Source of the DNA: an archaeon
GTDB lineage: Archaea > B1Sed10-29 > WALL01
Length of the DNA: 33,710 bases
NCBI GenBank assembly: GCA_042584585.1
Contig: JBHOSQ010000012.1
Span: 1-33,710 of the forward strand
Reading direction: 5' to 3'
Part shown: positions 1 to 7,984 of the stretch, piece by piece
Layout of the letters: each line of letters starts with the position of its first letter
How positions within the stretch are numbered: the stretch's first letter is position 1
Translations under genes and position numbers: made by a program
Notes under the pieces: generated by a model
What the model was told of the DNA's origin: nothing
What the model saw: the letters and a program-made list of their open reading frames with translations, nothing else
Database searches by the model: none

Positions 1-6
1 GCCCAG

Positions 7-1704
7 GTGCGGGCGCAGATTGAGGCATTGCGTGCCGAGGTCGTGAAGGCGCGTGAGGACGCGAAGGAAGTTTCGCCGGGGCTGGAGCAGCGGATTGACC
101 GGCTTTACGCCGAGATGGAGACGATGAAGAAAGAAGTGCCTCCCGAGCTGAAGTCGCTGGCGCAGGAAATCAATTCGGTTAACAATACAATGGACGGAAT
201 CCAAAAGGAGCTGAGGTACGGCGGGGCGGCCAAGGAAAAGATGGAGGCGTTGGCTGCCGGGGTGAACCGGCTTTACGGAATGGTCACTGACTTGACGAAG
301 GACGCGGGGGAGACACAGCTGCTTTTGGTTCGGGTGAACAAGCTTGAGGACGCGCTGGAAAAGGCGGGCGGGTTGAGCGGCAAGGAATTGAAGTCCACTG
401 TCGGGGCAATCAAAGCGGAATTGGATTCATTGGAAAAAGAAGTGGGGTCGGCCAAAACGGGGCAGAAGAGCCTGTCGAAGGAAGTCGAGGCCGCGCAGTC
501 GGCAATCCAGCGCTTGGAAAAGAAGACCCGTGACGAGCTGCATGCGCAGCTTGGCGACTTGAAGAAGCAGCTTGCGTCGACGAGTGATGTTAATGCGGCG
601 CAGGAAGCGTTGGGGGCGCTTGAGCACCGTGTCAAGGAGCCTGGGCTGGAGCCGGTGCACGAGCGCGTGTCGTTGGCGAAGGCGGCTGCCGACGAGGGCG
701 ACGTGGAGAGGGCAAGCTCAATCGTGAAGGACATGCCTGTGCCAACGCACGTGGTTGCGAAAGTGACTGTCGGGGGCCTCGAGGAGTTAGAGAAACAGCT
801 CGCCGAGGCGGACGAGGATTACTCTGGGTTTTTGGCGAAGGTGCGGGAGCTGCGTGATGATTATGCCACTAAGGGCTTGACCAAGGAATTGCAGGAGGAC
901 CTCGGGTATCTCGAGGAGGACTTGCTGGACTTTTGGCTGGACAAGAGGGGTTTGGCCGAGGCGTTGTCCCAGGCGAAGGGCGGCGACCTTGAGGCGGCGC
1001 GGCACTTGCTTGACTACGAGAGGGCGGCGCTTGAGGACTTGAAGCTTGACATTAATTCGCTTCGGAGGCGGGCGGCCTCGCTGCCGCACGCTGCTGTGGA
1101 GCAGGCCGAACTGGCGATTCAAAGGCGTGAGGGCGTGGAAAAAGAGTTGAGCGCGTTCGCGGAACTGAAGGAGTCTTTGGCTGGCATGAAGAGGGAGAGG
1201 GAGTTGCTGCACAAGGAGGTTCGTGCGGCGAAGGCGCATTCAACTACTGCCGTTGTCCCGGGGAGGGTGCAGGAGTCCCTTGACGTGGCGAAGAAGCGCA
1301 TGACCCCGGCCGTGGGCCGCGAGGTCGAAAGGCTGGAAAAGGATTTGCAGGACAAGCACGTGGTGCCGATTACCGAGAAGAACGTGGAGGCGGCGCGAGC
1401 CAAAATAGGGGAGCTGGCCGGAAAGGCGAGGCAGATTGAGTTCGGGACTGGTGACGCGAGCGTGGGCGTTGCGAGGGAGAGGCTGGAGTCGGCGCGGGGG
1501 AAGCTTGGGGAAGTGGTTTCTTCGAGCGAGTCCGTGAAGCAAATGGCTCTTATGGAAGAGTTGAACCGGTCCAGCGGGGAAATCAAGCTTGAAGAGCTTT
1601 CGAGCCGGACGGGCATTCCAGTGGCTGATATTGAGCGTATTTTGCCGTCAATCGGCTCGTACTCTGTTTCTAATGGCATTGTGGCCAAGGCGAAAGCCTT
1701 TTAA
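7..1704 (+). CDS. Large coiled-coil protein, probably 5'-truncated by the window edge, with a possible C-terminal winged-helix-like domain; function unknown
   Basis: The frame is open from position 1. The translation is E/K/A/L-rich with heptad-like periodicity. The C-terminus (EIKLEELSSRTGIPVADIERILPSIGSYSVSNGIV) resembles an HTH/wing. Stop TAA at 1702-1704. Confidence 0.7.
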   Translation: MRAQIEALRAEVVKAREDAKEVSPGLEQRIDRLYAEMETMKKEVPPELKSLAQEINSVNNTMDGIQKELRYGGAAKEKMEALAAGVNRLYGMVTDLTKDAGETQLLLVRVNKLEDALEKAGGLSGKELKSTVGAIKAELDSLEKEVGSAKTGQKSLSKEVEAAQSAIQRLEKKTRDELHAQLGDLKKQLASTSDVNAAQEALGALEHRVKEPGLEPVHERVSLAKAAADEGDVERASSIVKDMPVPTHVVAKVTVGGLEELEKQLAEADEDYSGFLAKVRELRDDYATKGLTKELQEDLGYLEEDLLDFWLDKRGLAEALSQAKGGDLEAARHLLDYERAALEDLKLDINSLRRRAASLPHAAVEQAELAIQRREGVEKELSAFAELKESLAGMKRERELLHKEVRAAKAHSTTAVVPGRVQESLDVAKKRMTPAVGREVERLEKDLQDKHVVPITEKNVEAARAKIGELAGKARQIEFGTGDASVGVARERLESARGKLGEVVSSSESVKQMALMEELNRSSGEIKLEELSSRTGIPVADIERILPSIGSYSVSNGIVAKAKAF

Positions 1705-1739
1705 AGGCGGATTCCCTAATCGGGTTCACAAAACCCTAT

Positions 1740-1747
1740 GGAGGTGA
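1740..1747 (+). promoter_or_regulatory. Strong Shine-Dalgarno (GGAGGTGA) for pilin 1; TATA-like TTTTAAAG at about 1699-1706
   Basis: GGAGGTGA lies 6 nt upstream of GTG 1754. Confidence 0.7.
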
Positions 1748-1753
1748 ACTAAA

Positions 1754-2122
1754 GTGAGGAAAGGTATTTCACCAATCGTGGCAGTAGTGTTGCTAATCGC
1801 TATCGCAGTGATTGCAGCCGTTGGTCTATACTTCTGGGTAGGCGGTCTCGCGACCAAGCAGCCGACCCCAACGACCCCCGGAACCATTACGGCAATTTGC
1901 ACTGGTGACGTAGCAGGAGGAACTGGCCAGTTGCTGGTTACAAACATCGGAGCCAACGCGCTTACAGATGTTGGATTGACTGTTACTGGAACTACGGACA
2001 CAACATGTGACGCTGTTCCAAGCGCATCTGGCAACACAGCCGTTTGTTCGACTGACATGGCTGCCGGCGAGACTGGAACCGTTTACGGTGCAGCAACCGG
2101 TGCAGCACAGTACAGCTGCTGA
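1754..2122 (+). CDS. Archaeal type IV pilin 1 (class III signal peptide)
   Basis: MRKG|ISPIVAVVLLIAIAVIAAVGLYFW: basic leader, KG cleavage site and hydrophobic helix typical of archaeal pilin/archaellin N-termini. 122 aa, GTG start with strong RBS. Confidence 0.92.
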   Translation: MRKGISPIVAVVLLIAIAVIAAVGLYFWVGGLATKQPTPTTPGTITAICTGDVAGGTGQLLVTNIGANALTDVGLTVTGTTDTTCDAVPSASGNTAVCSTDMAAGETGTVYGAATGAAQYSC

Positions 2123-2323
2123 AGCCATTTGGCACACGAACGACCCCTTCCGAGGGGTAGTGAACCCATAATAATTGTTTGATTGAAAAAATCAAAGATG
2201 GAGGCGAAAAAAAATGAAGAAAGGTATTTCACCAATCGTGGCTGTTGTGCTTTTGATCGCTATCGCGGTCATCGCTGCAGTCGGTCTGTACTTTTGGGTA
2301 GGCGGTCTCGCGACCAAGCAGCC
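1759..2323 (+). repeat. Direct repeat between the 5' ends of pilin 1 and pilin 2 (offset 460 bp)
   Basis: Identical blocks at 1759-1782/2219-2242 (24 bp) and 1835-1863/2295-2323 (29 bp), with only synonymous differences between the blocks. Confidence 0.85.
2143..2158 (+). terminator. GC-rich hairpin after pilin 1 (terminator, processing or stability element)
   Basis: ACCCCT-TCCG-AGGGGT. There is no immediate U-tract, so it may act in mRNA stability rather than termination. Confidence 0.45.
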
Positions 2324-2624
2324 CACCCCGACCACACCGATTGTAATCACAGCGCAGAGAGTGTCATGTAACACAACCGATGCGGGCAACCTGACTGCAC
2401 TTGTGCAGAACTTGGATCCCAGCACTACGTTATACGTGTCTCTCTACGTGACAGCTGATGACGGCACCACGGTTGAAAACGGAACTGTTGTTAACATTGC
2501 ACCAAGCGAACAGGGCCAGGTCGAATTCGGCATCACAGCTGATGAAGTCGGCAACTTCGTGAGTGGCAGCACCTACACCATTTACGGTGCCACGGGCGTT
2601 GGCCAAGCAACGGTTGTTTGTTAA
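2214..2624 (+). CDS. Archaeal type IV pilin 2
   Basis: MKKG|ISPIVAVVLLIAIAV...; residues 3-42 are identical to pilin 1. RBS GGAGG at 2200-2204. Three N-X-T sequons (NTT, NLT, NGT). Confidence 0.92.
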   Translation: MKKGISPIVAVVLLIAIAVIAAVGLYFWVGGLATKQPTPTTPIVITAQRVSCNTTDAGNLTALVQNLDPSTTLYVSLYVTADDGTTVENGTVVNIAPSEQGQVEFGITADEVGNFVSGSTYTIYGATGVGQATVVC

Positions 2625-2633
2625 AAACCAATA

Positions 2634-2702
2634 AAAAAACCATTAAACGGTTTTTTGAATCCCCCCGCCCCTGAACCGGGCGGGGCAAGAACTTCTTTTT
2701 TT
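2634..2702 (+). terminator. Terminator after pilin 2: two hairpins and a U-tract
   Basis: AAAAAACC-N7-GGTTTTTT (2634-2656), CCCCGCCC-N7-GGGCGGGG (2663-2685), then TTCTTTTTTT (2693-2702). Confidence 0.75.
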
Positions 2703-2737
2703 CAAAAAGCTTTTAAGCGAGCGAGCACTAGCTAGTG
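2703..2737 (+). promoter_or_regulatory. BRE/TATA promoter of pilin 3 (likely leaderless) with a 12-bp palindrome near the start site
   Basis: CAAAAAGC-TTTTAAG about 25 nt upstream of ATG 2740; no SD; CACTAGCTAGTG at 2726-2737. Confidence 0.55.
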
Positions 2738-2739
2738 TC

Positions 2740-3138
2740 ATGAGGAAAGGCCTTTCGCCTGTGGTGGCAGTGGTGCTGCTGATTGCCCTCGCGGTAATCA
2801 TGTCGATGAGCATTTACTTTTGGGCTAGTAGCCTGAACACCATGGAAGGGGCTTATCCCGATGACCAGGCGCGGGCCAAGCCCATCAGCGTGCAGACAGT
2901 GGAATGCAATGCAGGCGTGGGGGGAAACCTCACGGCAAGGATTCTGAACGTGGGCACGGCCACGATTGACGCCAATTTCACGTTGGTATACGCCAGCGGC
3001 TCGGTGGAAATGACTGGGATATCGATTATCCCGGGGGACAGCGAAGAAGTTGAGTTCCTCAACACTGAGCTCACTTCCGGGAGCATGTACGTGATTATGG
3101 GGACTGGGCGGGTTACGGCGGCTCCTGTGGTATGCTAG
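2740..3138 (+). CDS. Archaeal type IV pilin 3 (more divergent, possibly a minor pilin)
   Basis: MRKG|LSPVVAVVLLIALAVIMSMSIYFW; sequons NLT and NFT; ends in VVC like pilin 2. Confidence 0.9.
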   Translation: MRKGLSPVVAVVLLIALAVIMSMSIYFWASSLNTMEGAYPDDQARAKPISVQTVECNAGVGGNLTARILNVGTATIDANFTLVYASGSVEMTGISIIPGDSEEVEFLNTELTSGSMYVIMGTGRVTAAPVVC

Positions 3139-3162
3139 GCTGGCTTGGCGTATGCCATATTG

Positions 3163-3178
3163 GAAAAGGTTTTTATAT
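3163..3178 (+). promoter_or_regulatory. BRE/TATA promoter of the aglB operon
   Basis: GAAAAGG-TTTTTATAT upstream of aglB, with GGGTGA RBS-like at 3210-3215. Confidence 0.6.
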
Positions 3179-3221
3179 TCACTCTAATATAGTGTAGCCG
3201 ACGCGATTTGGGTGAATAATC

Positions 3222-5633
3222 ATGAACAGTGGTAAATTTATCAATAAAATGAACAATCACAAGCTCGAGATACTGTTGTTGCTCGCAGTGCTCCTCATTG
3301 CTTTCGGGACGTATTCCATCCCGAGCCAGACCTACCCCAACATCAACGAGTTCGACCCGTTTTACCACGCGAGAGTGGCTCGTGAATTGATTAAGACCGG
3401 CACAATCCCCGAGTGGGAATTCATGAGCTACTGGCCAGAAGGAATGGCCATGAATGATTTGTACCCACACTTGTGGCACTACGTGCTTGCCGCGACGTAC
3501 TGGGCGGTTGCGCTCCTGACCACCGGGTCGCTCGCGTACAGCGAGCCACTGTTCATAAAGGCTGTGTCGTGGCTCATGCCGTTCGTGGGGGCGTTCGGAG
3601 TCGCGTCCATGTACTTACTGGGCAAGGAAATCCGCAACAAAAAAGCGGGTTTGATTGCCGCGGTATTGTTCGCGTTCCAAAGCAACTTTTTGTACAAGAC
3701 CATGTACGCCGAAATCGAGGAAGACGCGTTCGGTATAGGGTTGCTAGTGTTTTCATTGTTTGCTTATGTTTACGCGCTGAAGCGAGGGGGCTGGAAAAAC
3801 GCGCTGTTCGCGGGCCTCGCGATGACCGCGCTCGTGCTGGCGTGGAGAGGCGCTGTGTACGCCGCGTTCCTGATTGCCGGAATCGCTATTTGGCAGGGCA
3901 TAAAAGCCATCATGAACAAGAAATGGGGTGAGCTCGAGAAGACCGCGGAGACCATGCTGATTAGCATCGTGCCCGTGGCATTGCTTGGGCTGCCGTTCAA
4001 CCCCCTGGTACAGGACGTCATTTACGTGCTGGGAATGCTCGGCGGGACCGCCGCGCTTTTGGTGATTGCCAACTACTGGTTCAGCTACCACAAGGCAGGC
4101 ACAAAGGCAAAGATGTTCAATGTCGACAAGAAAAAAGTGTACCAGGGCCTTGCCGCGGTAATGCTGCTGGGCACGGTTGTCGCGGGCGTTGTTTACGGCG
4201 GGCCGATACTCGCGCAGACGCTTTACGGGCTTAACATCGGGAAGGACAGCATCCGCCTGTACTACACCGTTGCGGAGCAGCACACCGTCGGGTTCGGCAC
4301 TGTGCTGGGGCCGATGAGCCTGTTCACGGTAATGGCCGTGGCGGGCGCGTTTTACACGCTTTACTTTTTCCTCAAGAACAAGTTTGACTGGGCCAAAAAG
4401 ATTGGCGAGCTCGGCGAGAACAAAGCCGCGCTTTGGCTGATTGCGATAATCAACCTCGTGGTGTTCTACGGGATTTCCGTGACAGGCATGACGAGCGGGC
4501 TTGGGCTGTTGACTTACTTCGGGATGATTGCTGCAGTCTACTTCCCGGTGCGTGGGCTCACTCGCTGGAAAGAAATGAAAAACTTTGACTTGCTGGTCGG
4601 AGTGTTCATGGCCACGTCAATAATCATGTACATGGGCCAGAACAAGCTGCATTACTTTTTCGGGCCGGTGGCCATGCTGGCGATTGGGATAGTGCTTGCC
4701 GACATACTGAAGTTCAGCGGCAAGCTGGACAAGTGGGCGAAGCGCGTGGCAATCCTCGGCGTGTTCGTGCTGCTTCTGTCAAGCGTGACGATTGGGTTCG
4801 CGCAGATGGAAGAGTTGAAGGTCCAGTACCCTATACAGGACGGCTGGTTCAAGACCATGGACTGGCTCGAGACCACGCCCGAGGACACCGCGTTCCTGAC
4901 GTGGTGGGACTACGGCCACTGGACAGCGTTCTTGGGCAACAGGCACGCGATAGTCGATAACACGAACATCAACAACACAAAAGTGGAGACAGTGGCAGAT
5001 ATATTCACGGAGTACCGTGCGAACAACAGCGAAGAGCTTGCGGAGCGGGTGCTCCCGAAGCTCAAGGCGTTCAAGGTCACGCACGTCGGGGTCGACCGGA
5101 TCCTGCTCACCAACAAGTGGGGCGCCTTGACGTACATCGCGGACAGGCAGTGCATCCCCACGAAGTCACTTGCCGCGAACGGCCTTACTTTCCCGCAGCT
5201 CAGCGAGATGTCGAAGTCGGCGTGCGGCTATGGCTACACTTATTCCGGGGAAATCGGGATTGCTGGCTGCCAGAAAAAGACCATCAGCTCCGAGTTTGGC
5301 GACGAGTCGTACGTCGGGTGCAACTTCATCCAGGGCTCGGAAGTCCAGTTCACTGAGCAGGAGTGGGACGAAATCAAGACCACGACGTGGCCAGGATACC
5401 CGTTGACGATTACGTCGCCGGACGGTGGCTCGCTTACCATGCGGGTCTACGGCCAGCCCGACAACACGATAATGTTTTTCCACGCGAACAACAAATTGCT
5501 TTTCGACGCGCCGGTTAACTACATGTACGGGTTCCGGGTGTTCTTCCAGGACCCCGGCCTCAAGCACCACGAGCTCGTGATAAACGAGTGGGTGCCGAAC
5601 GAGGAAGTCGTCGTGCAAAAGGTGGTCTACTGA
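3222..5633 (+). CDS. aglB: Oligosaccharyltransferase AglB (STT3 family)
   Basis: EFDPFYH, EED (DXD-like), TVAE (TIXE-like), WWDYG and DNTNINN motifs; many TM helices followed by a soluble C-terminal domain; 803 aa. Confidence 0.96.
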   Translation: MNSGKFINKMNNHKLEILLLLAVLLIAFGTYSIPSQTYPNINEFDPFYHARVARELIKTGTIPEWEFMSYWPEGMAMNDLYPHLWHYVLAATYWAVALLTTGSLAYSEPLFIKAVSWLMPFVGAFGVASMYLLGKEIRNKKAGLIAAVLFAFQSNFLYKTMYAEIEEDAFGIGLLVFSLFAYVYALKRGGWKNALFAGLAMTALVLAWRGAVYAAFLIAGIAIWQGIKAIMNKKWGELEKTAETMLISIVPVALLGLPFNPLVQDVIYVLGMLGGTAALLVIANYWFSYHKAGTKAKMFNVDKKKVYQGLAAVMLLGTVVAGVVYGGPILAQTLYGLNIGKDSIRLYYTVAEQHTVGFGTVLGPMSLFTVMAVAGAFYTLYFFLKNKFDWAKKIGELGENKAALWLIAIINLVVFYGISVTGMTSGLGLLTYFGMIAAVYFPVRGLTRWKEMKNFDLLVGVFMATSIIMYMGQNKLHYFFGPVAMLAIGIVLADILKFSGKLDKWAKRVAILGVFVLLLSSVTIGFAQMEELKVQYPIQDGWFKTMDWLETTPEDTAFLTWWDYGHWTAFLGNRHAIVDNTNINNTKVETVADIFTEYRANNSEELAERVLPKLKAFKVTHVGVDRILLTNKWGALTYIADRQCIPTKSLAANGLTFPQLSEMSKSACGYGYTYSGEIGIAGCQKKTISSEFGDESYVGCNFIQGSEVQFTEQEWDEIKTTTWPGYPLTITSPDGGSLTMRVYGQPDNTIMFFHANNKLLFDAPVNYMYGFRVFFQDPGLKHHELVINEWVPNEEVVVQKVVY

Positions 5634-6622
5634 TGCTTGAGTACTACGCGCTTGCCGCGTCATTTGTTGTGGCGCTTGTTTCGAGCTGGGTAGTGACGAA
5701 ATGGATTATCCCGAAAGCGCTCGAGAGGAACTTCACAGGGCGCGACGTGCACAAGGCGGAAAGGGTTTTTGTCTCCGAACTGGGCGGCGTCGGAATCTCG
5801 ATTGGGTTCATGCTCGGCGTGTTCACGTTTGTTGGCTTGTCCAACTACTGGAACATTTTGAGTGAGTGGAGCGCGATGTTCGCCGCGGTGGCGAGCGTGC
5901 TCGTAATATTCATCATCGGGCTGATGGACGACTTGTTCGAGATCCCGTGGGGCCAAAAGTCGCTTTTGCCCGTCATAGGCGCGATTCCGCTTGTCGTGCT
6001 CGGTGCGGGAGACCCCACTATGGTGCTGCCTATTCTTGGCTTGGTCAACTTTGGATTGATTTACTATCTAGTGCTTGTGCCGCTCGGCGTGACGGGCTCG
6101 GCAAACGCCATGAACATGATTGGGGGATACAACGGGTCCGAGGCAGGGCTCGGGATAATGATAATGGCCGCGATGGCTGTGATTGCGTTCGCGAGCGGGT
6201 CGGTGGCCGCGCTTGCGATATTGCTCGCGATGATTGCGGCACTGCTTGGGTTCCTTTTCTTCAACTGGTACCCCGCCAAGATTTTCATGGGCGACGCGGG
6301 CACGTTCCAGATTGGTGCGGTGATTGCCGCGGCGGCGATAATCGGCAACATGGAAAAGTACGCGGTGCTGTTGTTCGCGCTTTACTTCTTCAACCTCGTG
6401 ATTTTCGCTTGGGGAATTTTGACGAAGGCAAAGCTCGTGAAGTTCGCGCACCCAGACAAGGACGGGAAACTCGTCGCGCCGGAAAGCTTTTGGAAGCATT
6501 ACCTGCCGTTCGTTGTGGTGAAGCTGACGCACCCGACGGAACAGCAGGTGGTCAGCTACTTGATTGGCCTGCAGGCGATTGTTTCGCTTGTCGTGGTTGC
6601 ATTGTACTTCGGAGGATTTTGA
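5633..6622 (+). CDS. aglH: UDP-GlcNAc:dolichol-phosphate GlcNAc-1-P transferase (AglH/Alg7/GPT, MraY-like family)
   Basis: GRDVHK, ELGG, GLMDD, NAMNMIGGYNGSEAG and FNWYPAKIFMGDAG motifs; hydrophobic. ATG overlaps the aglB stop (TGATG). Confidence 0.88.
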   Translation: MLEYYALAASFVVALVSSWVVTKWIIPKALERNFTGRDVHKAERVFVSELGGVGISIGFMLGVFTFVGLSNYWNILSEWSAMFAAVASVLVIFIIGLMDDLFEIPWGQKSLLPVIGAIPLVVLGAGDPTMVLPILGLVNFGLIYYLVLVPLGVTGSANAMNMIGGYNGSEAGLGIMIMAAMAVIAFASGSVAALAILLAMIAALLGFLFFNWYPAKIFMGDAGTFQIGAVIAAAAIIGNMEKYAVLLFALYFFNLVIFAWGILTKAKLVKFAHPDKDGKLVAPESFWKHYLPFVVVKLTHPTEQQVVSYLIGLQAIVSLVVVALYFGGF

Positions 6623-7563
6623 TGGAAACTCTCAAGGCCGCAGTAATCGGCGCCGGGAACATGGGGAAGAACCACATTCGCCTATACTCCGAGCTGCCGG
6701 GAGTGGAGTTGGCTGCGGTCAGTGACCTGAACATCGAGGCTGCGCAGGGGTTTGCGAAGCAGTACAGCTGCAACGCGTACAAGGACTACGGCGAGATGCT
6801 GGCCAAGGAAAAGCCTGACGCAGTGAGTGTTGTGGTGCCGACCGCGTTCCACGCCAAGGTCGGGGGCGAGGTCCTCGCGAAGGCGAGCGCGCTGGTGGAG
6901 AAGCCGATTGCGCTGAACGAGGAAGACGCGGCGAAACTGATTTCGGCCGGAAAGGCATCGGGCAACAAGCTCATGGTCGGCCACATCGAGCGGTTCAACC
7001 CAATCATCAAGTACTTACAGGACTTCGCGGAAAAGGACGAGTTCCTCGCGTTCAACATCATGCGGCTGGGCCCTTACACCCCGAAGAGCCGGACGACCGG
7101 AGTCTTGATGGACATGGGCATCCACGACATTGACCTGGTCAGGTACATCACGAAGAGCGAGCCCGTGTCTGTGGACGCGTCTTACCGGCACGTCAACATA
7201 AGCGACTTCGAGGACCAAGCCCACGTGTTCATGAAGATGCCGGGCCCGAGCGCTTCGCTGGTGTGCAACTGGATTTCGCCCGTGAAAATCAGGCACTTGT
7301 ACGCCGTTACAACGAAAGCGTTCCTTTACTTGGACTTCATTACTCAAGAGGCAACAATCCACGAGCCCGGGAAAGAGGGGGCAGAAGCCGAACACGTGAA
7401 GCTGGAGTACGAGGAGCCGCTGAAGCGCGAGCTGAGCGCGTTCCTGGAGTGCGTGCGCGACGGTACGGAGTCGCCGGTGAGCGGAGAGGACGCGCTTGAG
7501 TCAGTTAGGGTGGCACTGCGCGCGGACAAAATCGCGCAGAAGAGTGACCCCCACATGAGGTGA
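6622..7563 (+). CDS. Gfo/Idh/MocA oxidoreductase, WbpB/WlbA-like UDP-GlcNAcA 3-dehydrogenase
   Basis: GAGNMG Rossmann motif, EKP, VGHIERFNP, DMGIHDID. True start is ATG 6622 after GGAGG. Confidence 0.85.
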   Translation: METLKAAVIGAGNMGKNHIRLYSELPGVELAAVSDLNIEAAQGFAKQYSCNAYKDYGEMLAKEKPDAVSVVVPTAFHAKVGGEVLAKASALVEKPIALNEEDAAKLISAGKASGNKLMVGHIERFNPIIKYLQDFAEKDEFLAFNIMRLGPYTPKSRTTGVLMDMGIHDIDLVRYITKSEPVSVDASYRHVNISDFEDQAHVFMKMPGPSASLVCNWISPVKIRHLYAVTTKAFLYLDFITQEATIHEPGKEGAEAEHVKLEYEEPLKRELSAFLECVRDGTESPVSGEDALESVRVALRADKIAQKSDPHMR

Positions 7564-7567
7564 TTAA

Positions 7568-7984
7568 ATGCCGAAAGTAGGAAGCAATACCAAAATCTGG
7601 GACGACAAGGGCCTGTGGGGCGAGTACGAAATCGGTGACAACTGTGTTGTCGGCAAGTTCGTCGAAATCGGGAACAACGTGAAAATCGGGAACAACTGCA
7701 AAGTTGAGGCCTTCGCATTCATTCCGCCGGGCGTGACAATCGAGGACGACGTGTTTGTCGGGCCGCACGTTTGCTTCACGAACGACAAGAAGCCGAAGGC
7801 GACGGGCGAGTGGGAGATAAGCGAAACCCTTGTCAAGAAGGGAGCTTCAATCGGCGCGAACTCGACCATCATGTGCGGGATAACGATTGGCGAGAACGCT
7901 TTGGTGGGCGCGGGCAGCGTCGTGACAAAAGACGTGCCTCCGGGGCAGACCGTGGTAGGAAACCCCGCGAAGGTGAAAGAGTGA
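7568..7984 (+). CDS. Hexapeptide-repeat N-acetyltransferase, WbpD/WlbB-like
   Basis: Left-handed beta-helix repeats; VFVGPHVCFTND, GASIGANSTI, GAGSVVTKDVP...VGNPA. Confidence 0.9.
   Translation: MPKVGSNTKIWDDKGLWGEYEIGDNCVVGKFVEIGNNVKIGNNCKVEAFAFIPPGVTIEDDVFVGPHVCFTNDKKPKATGEWEISETLVKKGASIGANSTIMCGITIGENALVGAGSVVTKDVPPGQTVVGNPAKVKE

Noticed and set aside
273-1688. Numerous antisense and alternate-frame ORFs here and throughout the window
   Set aside because: They are shadow ORFs of GC-rich coding genes with no recognisable motifs.
2125-2213. tRNA or other structured RNA gene between the pilins
   Set aside because: Only short hairpins are present, with no cloverleaf, T-loop or C/D box pattern that I could support.
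1835-2323. CRISPR array or DGR template/variable repeat suggested by the 24-29 bp repeats
   Set aside because: There are only two copies, both within paralogous coding regions. The differences are synonymous rather than adenine-specific, and no cas or reverse transcriptase gene is present.
1754-3138. Archaellins (flaB/arlB)
   Set aside because: The proteins are short (122-136 aa), have ISPIV/LSPVV pilin-type N-termini rather than the archaellin GIGTLIVFIA type, and have no arl accessory genes nearby.
5866-6621. Long N-terminal extensions in the ORF track (5866, and likewise 5588, 7771, 11792, 12250, 17584, 26688, 28526, 29322)
   Set aside because: These are open-frame run-ons overlapping upstream genes. 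Family motifs begin at internal starts that overlap or abut the previous stop codon.
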